From Thermosynechococcus sp. M98_K2018_005 (GTDB lineage Bacteria > Cyanobacteriota > Cyanobacteriia > Thermosynechococcales > Thermosynechococcaceae): a stretch of 64,000 bases of DNA. The translations under genes and the position numbers were made by a program. Location of the stretch: positions 1,382-65,381 of the forward strand of contig NZ_DVEH01000027.1 of assembly GCF_015295825.1 (NCBI RefSeq), written 5' to 3'. Shown piece after piece: positions 10,614-18,862 of the stretch. Within the stretch, counting starts at the first letter, position 1. Every line of letters starts with the position of its first letter. Below the pieces are notes generated by a model. The model did no database searches and was not told the DNA's origin. It saw nothing but the letters and a program-made list of their open reading frames with translations.

Positions 10614-10633
10614 TCGTAAGTATTGAAATCTGC

Positions 10634-11881
10634 CTAGAGATTGCCGACAAAAACACCAGTGCCAAAGACAGCCGTTGCATCCAATTGTTGCTTAAGATTC
10701 CGCATCAATTCAAGGGCGTTGCCGCGATAGTCCCAGGGAGCCAGTTGCTGCTTGAGGCTCAGGGGTGCAGCTAAGACGGTGACATAGCCCCGGGGTAGCC
10801 CTTGGCGCAGCCTGAGAATGAGTTGGCGGAGATGCGCCTCCTGTCCGTGGAGATAGGCGTAACCCACCCCTGCACTCATTTCGCCTCGGCACTCGCAGGC
10901 CAATTCCCTTGCCAACTGCTGAAGCTGGGTGAGGGCGGGCAACATCTCGCTCAAAGGCACACCGATTTTGAGAATCACTTGATCGGGAGTGGGGTTGAGG
11001 GTAATGCCTAGGGGGGCTTGGGGTTCCAGTTGCAGATCATGGGTCTGGGCAATATCACTCAGGCGATCGCCCAATGTGCCCAAGGCCAAGACTTCCCGCA
11101 GCGTATGAAACTCCAATTCCAGTAAGAGTGCCCCTGTTCCCTCAAGGCGAAGGACGCACCGCGCAGGGGCTAGGGAACTGCTGAAAATCCCCTCCAACCC
11201 CTTGACCAAGGCAGCAACCGCGCCCCGCAACTGCCAAATTTGCACCGCATCGGGCAGGGGATAGACCCGCAACGTCACCTCCGTCATAATTCCCAACGTG
11301 CCATAGCTACCGATGAGCAGCTTCATCAAGTCATAGCCAGCCACATTTTTGACCACTCGTCCCCCGGCTTTAACGATTTGGCCATCGCTGCGAATGAACT
11401 TGACCCCCAATACCTGATCGCGCCATGACCCATACCGCTGCCGTAGGCTGCCATTGCTTTGGGTGGCTAAGCAACCCCCAAGGGTAGCGGTTTCCCGAAA
11501 GAGGGGATCCGCTGCAATCCATTGTCCTGCGGGTGCTAGCTGGTGCTGGAGTTGTTGAAAGGGAATACCCACCTGTGTAGTAACAGTCATATCGGCAGCG
11601 GCATGATCAATGAGCCTGTGCCACGCCGTTGTCCGTAGAAAAATATCTGCCTTGGGGGTGTTCCCTAGCCAATTGAGTTTGGTGCCTGCGCCAATGGGCA
11701 ATACTCGCCAGCCTTCCCGCTGGGCATAGGCAATCACTTCTGCCCCCGCTTCTGGGGTGGGGGGAGTCACCAGCAGGGCATGCTCAGGAAGGTAAGGACG
11801 CAGGTGGGGGGCGCGATCGCCCAATTCAGCAAGGGAGTGAACCGCTGCATCCCCCAACAGGGCGCTCAGCGTTTGTTTCAT
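10634..11881 (-). CDS. glcE: FAD-binding oxidase, glycolate oxidase subunit GlcE-like
   Basis: FAD-binding PCMH-type domain (VLPIGAGTKLNWLG, VAGYDLMKLLIGSYGTLGIMTEVTLRVYP). It sits immediately upstream of glcF on the same strand. Confidence 0.7.
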   Translation of the reverse strand: MKQTLSALLGDAAVHSLAELGDRAPHLRPYLPEHALLVTPPTPEAGAEVIAYAQREGWRVLPIGAGTKLNWLGNTPKADIFLRTTAWHRLIDHAAADMTVTTQVGIPFQQLQHQLAPAGQWIAADPLFRETATLGGCLATQSNGSLRQRYGSWRDQVLGVKFIRSDGQIVKAGGRVVKNVAGYDLMKLLIGSYGTLGIMTEVTLRVYPLPDAVQIWQLRGAVAALVKGLEGIFSSSLAPARCVLRLEGTGALLLELEFHTLREVLALGTLGDRLSDIAQTHDLQLEPQAPLGITLNPTPDQVILKIGVPLSEMLPALTQLQQLARELACECRGEMSAGVGYAYLHGQEAHLRQLILRLRQGLPRGYVTVLAAPLSLKQQLAPWDYRGNALELMRNLKQQLDATAVFGTGVFVGNL

Positions 11882-12744
11882 GGATTGCGGGTGGGCAGTT
11901 CAAAGACAAACCCTTCGTAGTATAAAAGTTGACCGTCCTCACTTTTGACAGGGCGGGCGCATTCGCAAATGGTCGTGATCGTTTGGTCAGCCCGATACAC
12001 TTTAGAAACCAAGTTGCGCACAAAGCCACAAGTTTCAATTTGCTGTTGGAATTTTCCCCAAGAGCTGTCATCCACGTAGGGACGATGATTATGGTGCTCA
12101 ATATCTGCTAGCCAATCTTCGGCATCGGCATAGCCATAGATGCGTGCCAAGGCATTGTTAACTTTGAAGTAAACCCCCTCTGGCGAACTTTGGTAAATCC
12201 CGACCACGGCTTCCTCAAACATTTGCCGATACTGTTCTTGCGCCGCTTGCAGTGAGGAGACCAAGTCACGCCGCTCCTCAGCGATTTCCTGTAACTGCTG
12301 GTTTTGCTTTTGCAACAGGGCATTTTTTTGCCGCAGCTTCCGCTGTAGGAGGGCAATCGTCAACTGATTCTTGACCCGTGCCAGCACCTCCGCCTGCTGA
12401 AAGGGTTTGGTGATGTAGTCGGCGCCACCCATCTCAAAGGCCTTCACCTTGTCAAAGACATCATCGAGGGCACTAATGAAAATAATGGGGATATGCTTGG
12501 TCTTGGGATTCTCCTTCAGGGTTTGACAGACCTCGTAGCCATTCATATCAGGCATCATGATGTCCAAGAGAATGACATCCGGGGGTTCGGCCTCAATCCC
12601 CATGAGCGCCATTTGGCCACTGATAGCACCGCGCACATCGTAGCCTTCCAGTTGGAGCAGTGTGGTTAAAACTTCAACATTTTCGGGGGTATCATCGACT
12701 ATCAGAATGCGACCAGCCCCTGAATCAAAGAGGTCGGTGGTCAT
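11878..12744 (-). CDS. Response regulator with receiver domain, coiled coil and C-terminal PAS domain
   Basis: Receiver motifs ILIVDD, LLDIMMPDMNGYEV and KP. A PAS-like C-terminal half follows a coiled-coil linker. ATG at 12744 is preceded by GGGAGA; the track start is TTG at 12759. The stop overlaps the glcE start (ATGA). Confidence 0.9.
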   Translation of the reverse strand: MTTDLFDSGAGRILIVDDTPENVEVLTTLLQLEGYDVRGAISGQMALMGIEAEPPDVILLDIMMPDMNGYEVCQTLKENPKTKHIPIIFISALDDVFDKVKAFEMGGADYITKPFQQAEVLARVKNQLTIALLQRKLRQKNALLQKQNQQLQEIAEERRDLVSSLQAAQEQYRQMFEEAVVGIYQSSPEGVYFKVNNALARIYGYADAEDWLADIEHHNHRPYVDDSSWGKFQQQIETCGFVRNLVSKVYRADQTITTICECARPVKSEDGQLLYYEGFVFELPTRNP

Positions 12745-12909
12745 GCACGGGTCTCCCAATGGCGATCGTTTGTCAGCACCCTGACACTCCCCATCCTATC
12801 AAAGTTTTTTCTGACCGCAGGCGATCGCCGGCCAGTTCCCAATTGCCCAGATCTCCAGTACTTCATTTTTCTATAGGATGGTGGTGGCACACAGCGGCAA
12901 AGATAATCA

Positions 12910-13737
12910 ATGACAACAAATTGGGAAAATTTTCGCAAAAACCTTGGGGAATGGCATGGCTCCTTCACGGCTGTCAGTCCGATGGGGGAAGTGGGAACAT
13001 CAGTGCCCTCGATTTTGATCCTTGCCGATACTGCTGACGGTCAGCGGGTGCGCTTTGAACTGCGACGCTTTGGCAATGGTCTCGATCAGCCCCCCACCAG
13101 TGAAACGGTGCAGGAGTATACCACCATTGGCCGCCAAAATGTCTTTTTTCCGACGGGGGCTTTTTCTAAGGGATCGTTGCAGGTGGCGCCCTTTGCGGAG
13201 TTTGGTGCCGAGTATGGCTTTGTCATGGGGGATCGCCGACTGCGGTTTGTCCAACTCTTTGACAAAAATCAGCACCTCCAATCCATGACCCTGATTCGCG
13301 AGTTTCGTGCCCACAGTAATGCCGTTGAACGTCCCCCCTTAACCGTGGATCAACTCTTAGGGGAATGGCGCGGTACGGCCTACACCGTCTATGCCGACTG
13401 GCGATCGCCAACGGAAACCCCGACCCAGCTGAGCCTTTGGCGCGAGGGCGATCGGCTCTACCAACTGCTGCAAACCCCCGACCACGAGGTGAAAACAACG
13501 GCCACAATGACTGGCTCACGGCTTCTCTTTAGCGATACGGATCAACCCAAGCAGCTTGTGTTGCTACCCGATGGCACCTCTAGCCTTACACCGCTGCAAG
13601 TCTCCTTTCGTCAGCCCTTCTTTGTTGAGGTGGGCTGGTTGTGGGCAGAAGGGCAGCGGCAGCGCCTCATTCGTACCTATGGCGATCGCGGTGAATGGGT
13701 CAGTGCGACGCTCGTTGTCGAAGAACGGATAAGCTAA
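12910..13737 (+). CDS. Conserved hypothetical protein (DUF3598-like)
   Basis: 275-aa ORF. The N-terminal W..F..N.G.W.GSF pattern is recalled from DUF3598; the domain name is not verified. Confidence 0.6.
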   Translation: MTTNWENFRKNLGEWHGSFTAVSPMGEVGTSVPSILILADTADGQRVRFELRRFGNGLDQPPTSETVQEYTTIGRQNVFFPTGAFSKGSLQVAPFAEFGAEYGFVMGDRRLRFVQLFDKNQHLQSMTLIREFRAHSNAVERPPLTVDQLLGEWRGTAYTVYADWRSPTETPTQLSLWREGDRLYQLLQTPDHEVKTTATMTGSRLLFSDTDQPKQLVLLPDGTSSLTPLQVSFRQPFFVEVGWLWAEGQRQRLIRTYGDRGEWVSATLVVEERIS

Positions 13738-15220
13738 GCATCCCCAGCAAGAGGGGGAGCAACCAATCCCCATAGTGAGTGTAGAGGGTCTGGGTCTGTC
13801 GCCGCAAAATCGTTGCTGCATGAATCACAAACTCGTCGGTATCTGAGAGCCAAAGGGTTTCCCCCGTAGGCGCAATCACCGCGGAAAGACCTGTATTCGT
13901 CGAGCGCACCAGCCAGCGATCGCCTTCGACGGCCCGCAACACATCATGGCCGTGGTGCTGGGTCATCAGTTGGTGACGGTAGGGATCATTGTTGGCAATA
14001 CTCAGGATAAACTGCCCCCCATGAACCAGTTGCCAGCGACTGCGGTGGGAAAAGGCGGATTCAAAGCAAATCAAGACAACGGCATTGCCCCAAGGGGTGG
14101 TAAAGACCTGCTCAGGGTCTCCTGGAATCAGGCGCGATTGCAATGTGGATAACCGCTGCACCACCCCCGCCAGCCAATCGGGAATATATTCCCCCAATAG
14201 GACAAGATTGACTTTGTCATAGTGACTGTAAATCTCACCGTTACCATCAAGGGTCAGGAGCACCTGATGATGTCCCCCCGCCGTCTCCATAAAGGTTCCT
14301 AACCACAGGGGCACCCCCGCCTGCCGCACTGCCTGCGTGATCGGATTCAGTTGCTGCGGCTGCCAGAGAATGGGCAGTGCCCCCTCTGGGGTCAAAACGG
14401 CATCAACCCCTAGAGCCACCAGTTGGCGATAGCCACGGGGATAGTCCTGCCAAGCGCGGCGGATACCCTCTGGCGTGAGCTTTTCCCGTGTCGGGATATT
14501 GCCTTGGATCAACCCCACCCGTAGGGGTTCCCCTTGATCGGCAATGACACTAGCGCCCAAAATCCCATTGAGGGCGATCGCCCCCGCGAGGGTCATCGCA
14601 AGCCAGACCCTTGCCCACTTTTGCCGCTGCAGACTGAGGGTGACCAAGCCATTCACTGTCATCACGACTGCCGTAATCGTGGTGGGCCCCGCCAGACGAC
14701 CCAGTTGAAGGAGTCCCGTGGGGCTTTGGGTCAGGGATAAACTAGTCCACCATAGGGGTGAATGGCTCCAAAGGGCCTCAAGGGCACACCAAAGGGTCAC
14801 ACCCCACAGGAGTTGCCAAGGGGCAGATCGCCGTACACCGTAGCGTGCCATCAAAAAGGCCCAACTCCCGCTCAGGACTGCCCCCCAAGTGCTCAGGAAA
14901 AGCCAAATCCCCCGCGAGATTAGCCAACTGGGGACTGGGGCAATACCGATCCACGTCAGGGGATGCAAATCCCACACCCAGACCAAGCTACTGCCGTAGA
15001 ACCCCCATCCCCAACACAGCCCCGCGATCGCTGCCCACAGGGGCGATAAAATCTGACATTGCCACCACAGGGGCACAATTCCCCCAAAGGCCAAGAACCA
15101 CCCGCTTACTGGCGGTAGGGCCAACTGCATTCCCCACCCCGCGATGCCTAAACCAACGAACAGCGGCCACCTAGGCAATACTTTGGCGTTTGCGTTGCTC
15201 TTTGGGGGAAGGAGCCACAT
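13700..15220 (-). CDS. lnt: Apolipoprotein N-acyltransferase
   Basis: Multi-TM N-terminal half plus a CN-hydrolase domain with the catalytic triad context (E in LTPEG, K in YDKVNLV, C in ICFESAF). The start is ambiguous: ATG 15220 or TTG 15178, and both overlap the upstream gene. Confidence 0.85.
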   Translation of the reverse strand: MWLLPPKSNANAKVLPRWPLFVGLGIAGWGMQLALPPVSGWFLAFGGIVPLWWQCQILSPLWAAIAGLCWGWGFYGSSLVWVWDLHPLTWIGIAPVPSWLISRGIWLFLSTWGAVLSGSWAFLMARYGVRRSAPWQLLWGVTLWCALEALWSHSPLWWTSLSLTQSPTGLLQLGRLAGPTTITAVVMTVNGLVTLSLQRQKWARVWLAMTLAGAIALNGILGASVIADQGEPLRVGLIQGNIPTREKLTPEGIRRAWQDYPRGYRQLVALGVDAVLTPEGALPILWQPQQLNPITQAVRQAGVPLWLGTFMETAGGHHQVLLTLDGNGEIYSHYDKVNLVLLGEYIPDWLAGVVQRLSTLQSRLIPGDPEQVFTTPWGNAVVLICFESAFSHRSRWQLVHGGQFILSIANNDPYRHQLMTQHHGHDVLRAVEGDRWLVRSTNTGLSAVIAPTGETLWLSDTDEFVIHAATILRRQTQTLYTHYGDWLLPLLLGMLSLSVLRQRASH

Positions 15221-16418
15221 GCCACTGTCCTGCTTTAATCAGTTCCCGTTCCAGTAAAGCAAAAAAGCGCTGGCGATCGCTGCCGCGCACAACGGCTAAA
15301 TTGTGGGCTTCTGCCAATGCCACAGGGTAACCGCGGCCTTTTTCAATTTGTGCTGCCGTCAACGCGACTGCCTGTTGCCACAGGTCTACATCCTGCGCTA
15401 CCCATTGAGGGACTTCCAAACGCACCACTTCCGAGCCACCGTGGAGGTAGGCAACGTAGATCTGATGTTCACCGTAATGTTCCAGAATGCGACTGCGGCT
15501 ACGCCAGAGGGAGCTATACTGTTGCGGTGCTAAGTGCGCTTGCCAGAGGAGCACATCCCGCAGCGGATCAAAGATTTGACAAGGGGGGCGATCGCGAGTT
15601 GCCTCGAGGCCAGTCTGACTTGTTTGACCACAGTGGAGGGCACAGTTGGGTTCAGGGTAGGGGCAAACCCCCAAGCGCAGAAAATTGACCGTTTCATGAC
15701 TGCGAGAGGCGCTGACATAGCCCACCAAGGGAATTCGCTTCGCGCGCAATTCATCCCAAGCAGCTAAGATGGGCGTCAACAATTCCTCACGCACCATTGG
15801 CGGCAGTGATTCCCACGCCCAGAAAATCAGTGAACCATCCACGAGTGCTAAGCTGGGGGCTTTCTTGTCTTGCGTTTGAATGAGTTCAACAAGGGCAAGA
15901 ATTTCCGCTTGGGTGCGGCGGTAGCGTAACCAGTCTTCTATGGTGAGTCCCCAGCCGCGCGATCGCCCCAATTCATCGGGGTCATAAACCAACTGCGGCA
16001 CGCTATCTAAATGGGGGCGTTGCCCTTGACCGTAGGCGATCGCCACCCGTCCCACATTAATCAAATAGCAGTAGGCAATTTCGTGGTGACTGGGGGCAAT
16101 TTGCGAGCCATCGGTGGCAAAAATCGTGTGTGATCTTGGGGCGGAGGGTACAGTATGCCTTGCGGTGAGGGATTCAACCGGTTCAGCAGTATGAAAGGGA
16201 AAGGAGTCGCCCCACGCTTCGATGGCTTGGCGATAGTGCTCTAAATTCTCTGCCATCCCTGTCAAGACTTCGAGGGCACGGGCTTGTTTTTGTTGGCTGG
16301 CGATCGCCCCTTGGCGGATCACATGACCCACCGTTCCCATTTGAGCAGCCACCTTGACGAAGTCCAACACTGCTTTCGTATCTAGAGATACAGATGCACC
16401 GAGGTCTTGCTCCCTCAA
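15171..16418 (-). CDS. NurA-domain nuclease-like protein
   Basis: 415-aa ORF with NurA-type acidic motifs (IFATDGSQI, LALVDGSLIFW). The call rests on motif recollection only. Confidence 0.6.
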   Translation of the reverse strand: MREQDLGASVSLDTKAVLDFVKVAAQMGTVGHVIRQGAIASQQKQARALEVLTGMAENLEHYRQAIEAWGDSFPFHTAEPVESLTARHTVPSAPRSHTIFATDGSQIAPSHHEIAYCYLINVGRVAIAYGQGQRPHLDSVPQLVYDPDELGRSRGWGLTIEDWLRYRRTQAEILALVELIQTQDKKAPSLALVDGSLIFWAWESLPPMVREELLTPILAAWDELRAKRIPLVGYVSASRSHETVNFLRLGVCPYPEPNCALHCGQTSQTGLEATRDRPPCQIFDPLRDVLLWQAHLAPQQYSSLWRSRSRILEHYGEHQIYVAYLHGGSEVVRLEVPQWVAQDVDLWQQAVALTAAQIEKGRGYPVALAEAHNLAVVRGSDRQRFFALLERELIKAGQWHVAPSPKEQRKRQSIA

Positions 16419-16733
16419 CCCGCGATCGCCCGTGACTAATTGTTAAGTTAGATACACGTTGATTATCGATAAATTCAAAGTATTAAGATTTATTGCGATT
16501 TGGGACTGCTGGTAACTTTAGCGATCTCTAGGGGTATTGTCAACAGTACAGCTCTTTTCTTAGAATAAAGCATGAAATCCTCTCCTATAAAGACTTTCGC
16601 GATTTTCATGTGTGCTATCCGTGTGAAAAGAGTTGTAGATCACATTTCCTCAGGAAAGTAGGCATTAAAAATTCATCGATTGATGTCCCCTTGGTGCCGA
16701 AAGTTCAATAATTTTCTACCAGTAGGAGTAACC

Positions 16734-17339
16734 ATGAAAATTGGCGAATTACTGCTGAAAGCAGCCCTAATTAACCTTGGTCAGCTTCAAGTGGCCTTGA
16801 GGGAGAAAGATATCTACACTCACCTGCGCCTCGGGGAAATTCTTGCCCTCCACGGTTGGCTATCACAGGGCACCATTGATTTTTTTGTCGAAGAATGGCC
16901 TAAGCTCATCCAAGATAAAGAAAAACATCCCATTGGTTTTTATCTCAAAAAGGCCGGTTTGTTGACCGAGGAACAAATTCAGCAAATTCTCAAAGAACAA
17001 TGGCAGACTAGCTATCGCTTTGGTGCCTTGGCTGTCCTCAATGGCTGGGTGAAACAGGAAACGGTTAACTTCTTCCTGCAATATGTGAACCCCAATGCCC
17101 TCCAAAAAAGCAGCCGCATCGAAAGGGCGCTGGGGGGGAATCCAGGGGAATCGAAGGGGACTTCCCAACTCCATTCGTTCAAACCCGTTCAGGAGCCACT
17201 GAAGCAAGATTTGATTGATCCAGAGGATTTAGCGGAATTCGACCTTCACTTTGATGAGAAGCACTGGTTAACTCCGACAAAAACGCCACAGCGGAGTCCA
17301 ATAAAAACTCGCATGAGAGGTCAACCCATGCGAGGCTAA
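16734..17339 (+). CDS. Stand-alone protein with two tandem T2SSE_N (GspE N-terminal / MshEN-like) repeats
   Basis: The two repeats are IGELLLKAALINLGQLQVAL...RLGEILALHGWLSQGTIDFF and IGFYLKKAGLLTEEQIQQIL...RFGALAVLNGWVKQETVNFF. ATG at 16734 has AGGAG 7 nt upstream; the track start is 16680. Confidence 0.6.
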   Translation: MKIGELLLKAALINLGQLQVALREKDIYTHLRLGEILALHGWLSQGTIDFFVEEWPKLIQDKEKHPIGFYLKKAGLLTEEQIQQILKEQWQTSYRFGALAVLNGWVKQETVNFFLQYVNPNALQKSSRIERALGGNPGESKGTSQLHSFKPVQEPLKQDLIDPEDLAEFDLHFDEKHWLTPTKTPQRSPIKTRMRGQPMRG

Positions 17340-17379
17340 CTGTAAATTACTCTTGAGAGAGGACAATTACATCCGTGCG

Positions 17380-17838
17380 CTAGCTCATTGTGGCATGACT
17401 GCGATCGTAGCTTGTCCAGATATGGGGCTTAATTTTGCCCTGAATTTGGTTCCAATAGTGGCCTGCGGCCGCAGGTAATCCCATTTGGGCAATCATCCGC
17501 GTGAGGAGGGATTGTTCGCGGTTTTTGATCACTTGGTGGTGATGGGTGAGAATGACCCGCGAAAGTTGATTGAGATCAAGTGCTGGCATATTTACTTCCT
17601 TGGCTGTGTTGGCAGCAGCAGTTGCCTTCGTATTCACGGCTTCTGCTTGACCCGTACGGTAGGCAACACCGCGATAGATTAAATCCCGTACAGGTTGGGC
17701 TGGGGGATTCACTGCGTGGGTGCAGTGGTAATTCCAACCCCGATATTTTGCCACCACATCGGTTGCTTCGGTGCGTACTGCCGGAGGAACGTAATCGTAT
17801 TGAACGCCGCGATAGGTCAGTGTGGTTTTCATAGTCAT
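17380..17838 (-). CDS. DUF4278 domain protein
   Basis: Repeated YRG-x-x-Y motif (TYRGVQYDY, KYRGWNYH, IYRGVAYR), characteristic of cyanobacterial DUF4278. Confidence 0.7.
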   Translation of the reverse strand: MTMKTTLTYRGVQYDYVPPAVRTEATDVVAKYRGWNYHCTHAVNPPAQPVRDLIYRGVAYRTGQAEAVNTKATAAANTAKEVNMPALDLNQLSRVILTHHHQVIKNREQSLLTRMIAQMGLPAAAGHYWNQIQGKIKPHIWTSYDRSHATMS

Positions 17839-17844
17839 CGCCCC

Positions 17845-17872
17845 ACATTATCTACTAGGTGGTTTTTGTCAA
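17845..17872 (-). promoter_or_regulatory. Candidate sigma70-type promoter, TTGACA-N16-TAATGT, ending 6 nt before the DUF4278 ATG
   Basis: The minus strand reads cagTTGACAaaaaccacctagtagaTAATGTggggcgATG. The predicted transcription start falls at or next to the start codon, and there is no Shine-Dalgarno sequence. Confidence 0.4.
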
Positions 17873-18045
17873 CTGAGGCGCGTTCCTTCGGGACAACTGC
17901 CCTACTTCCGTCTTCACTGCTCACCCCAGTTTTCAGGTGTTCGCTAGCGAAGATGAACGATTTATTTCTGTATCTAATTTAACAGTTTTGCCACTATGAA
18001 TGCAAGTATTTACAAAAATTTACACTAGAAAGCTCCCCCCCTGTT

Positions 18046-18696
18046 CTAGGGGGCCTTGATGCAGGTGGGGGTGCCCTCTGAAATCTCAGCGGTGTTGGTG
18101 AGAATGATGTGGCGATCGCGATCATAGGTGAGCCACTGCTCCTCTTTGAGCTTGCCCAAGAGGCGAGTCATCGTCACCCGACTCGTACCAATAGCTGTTG
18201 CTAATTGTTGATGGGTGAGGCGGACACTGTAGCGTGTGCCCAAGGGATGGGGTTGACCAATTTCTTGCTTCAACAGGAGGAGTAAATGGCGCAATCGATC
18301 CTCAATGCGGCGATGGCTGGTAATTCCCAGGAGGCCTTCTGCTTGAGACAGGCGACGAGCCAGACCGCGCACAAGACTTTGGGTCAAGTTAGGCGAGGAT
18401 TCCACTTCCATTAGGGTAAAGAGCATTAGCTCTGCCTTGGAAAGTGCCTTGGCTTGGTAGGCCGTTAAACTGGTTAAGGGTAAACCAAAAGCAGTACCAG
18501 GTGTAGCCAGTCCCACCACCACTTCTTCACCATCGGGGTGCAAAAGATTTAAGAGGACAACCCCCCGGCTCACTAGCCAAATGCGCTCTGGCTCCATCCA
18601 GATGCTCTCACCCGCGCTGAAGATGTGGACTCGAGCAAAGGAACGCCAGCGCTCATCCACAGGGGGAGTAACTGCAGCGGTGGAGACGTTTGCCAT
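18046..18696 (-). CDS. Crp/Fnr family transcriptional regulator
   Basis: cNMP-binding-like beta-roll (FSAGESIW...VSRGVVLL...DGEEVVVGLATPGTAFG) and a C-terminal HTH (LTHQQLATAIGTSRVTMTRLLGKLKEE). Confidence 0.85.
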   Translation of the reverse strand: MANVSTAAVTPPVDERWRSFARVHIFSAGESIWMEPERIWLVSRGVVLLNLLHPDGEEVVVGLATPGTAFGLPLTSLTAYQAKALSKAELMLFTLMEVESSPNLTQSLVRGLARRLSQAEGLLGITSHRRIEDRLRHLLLLLKQEIGQPHPLGTRYSVRLTHQQLATAIGTSRVTMTRLLGKLKEEQWLTYDRDRHIILTNTAEISEGTPTCIKAP

Positions 18697-18862
18697 GGCA
18701 GCAGAACCTCAAGCCAAGCAACCAATACCTAGGTGCAAGCCCAAGAGATTGGTTGTTTTTCCAACATTCCCAGTGCCTGTGTTCTGGGTAACGTTGGCCA
18801 ACACTGTCGACTAGGCTAGGGGGCAAACGTAAAGATGAGATAATCCTTGGTTCAAGATAGGG

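Noticed and set aside
16571-16610. Imperfect inverted repeat catgaaatc / gattttcatg in the same spacer.
   Set aside because: One arm has an extra base, the AT-rich stem would be weak, and the loop is about 20 nt. The support is insufficient.
16622-16644. TGTGA ... TCACA inverted repeat upstream of the T2SSE_N-like gene, considered as a Crp/SYCRP1 site.
   Set aside because: The spacer is 13 nt rather than the canonical 6 nt, and the arms are only 5 bp. This is easily a chance occurrence in an AT-rich spacer.
18719-18760. 8-bp inverted repeat CAACCAAT / ATTGGTTG followed by TTTTT on the plus strand, lying between two minus-strand genes (trpE and crp).
   Set aside because: The 21-nt loop and short stem make a poor intrinsic terminator. 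No plus-strand gene ends here. It may be fortuitous, or a protein-binding dyad in the crp promoter region.
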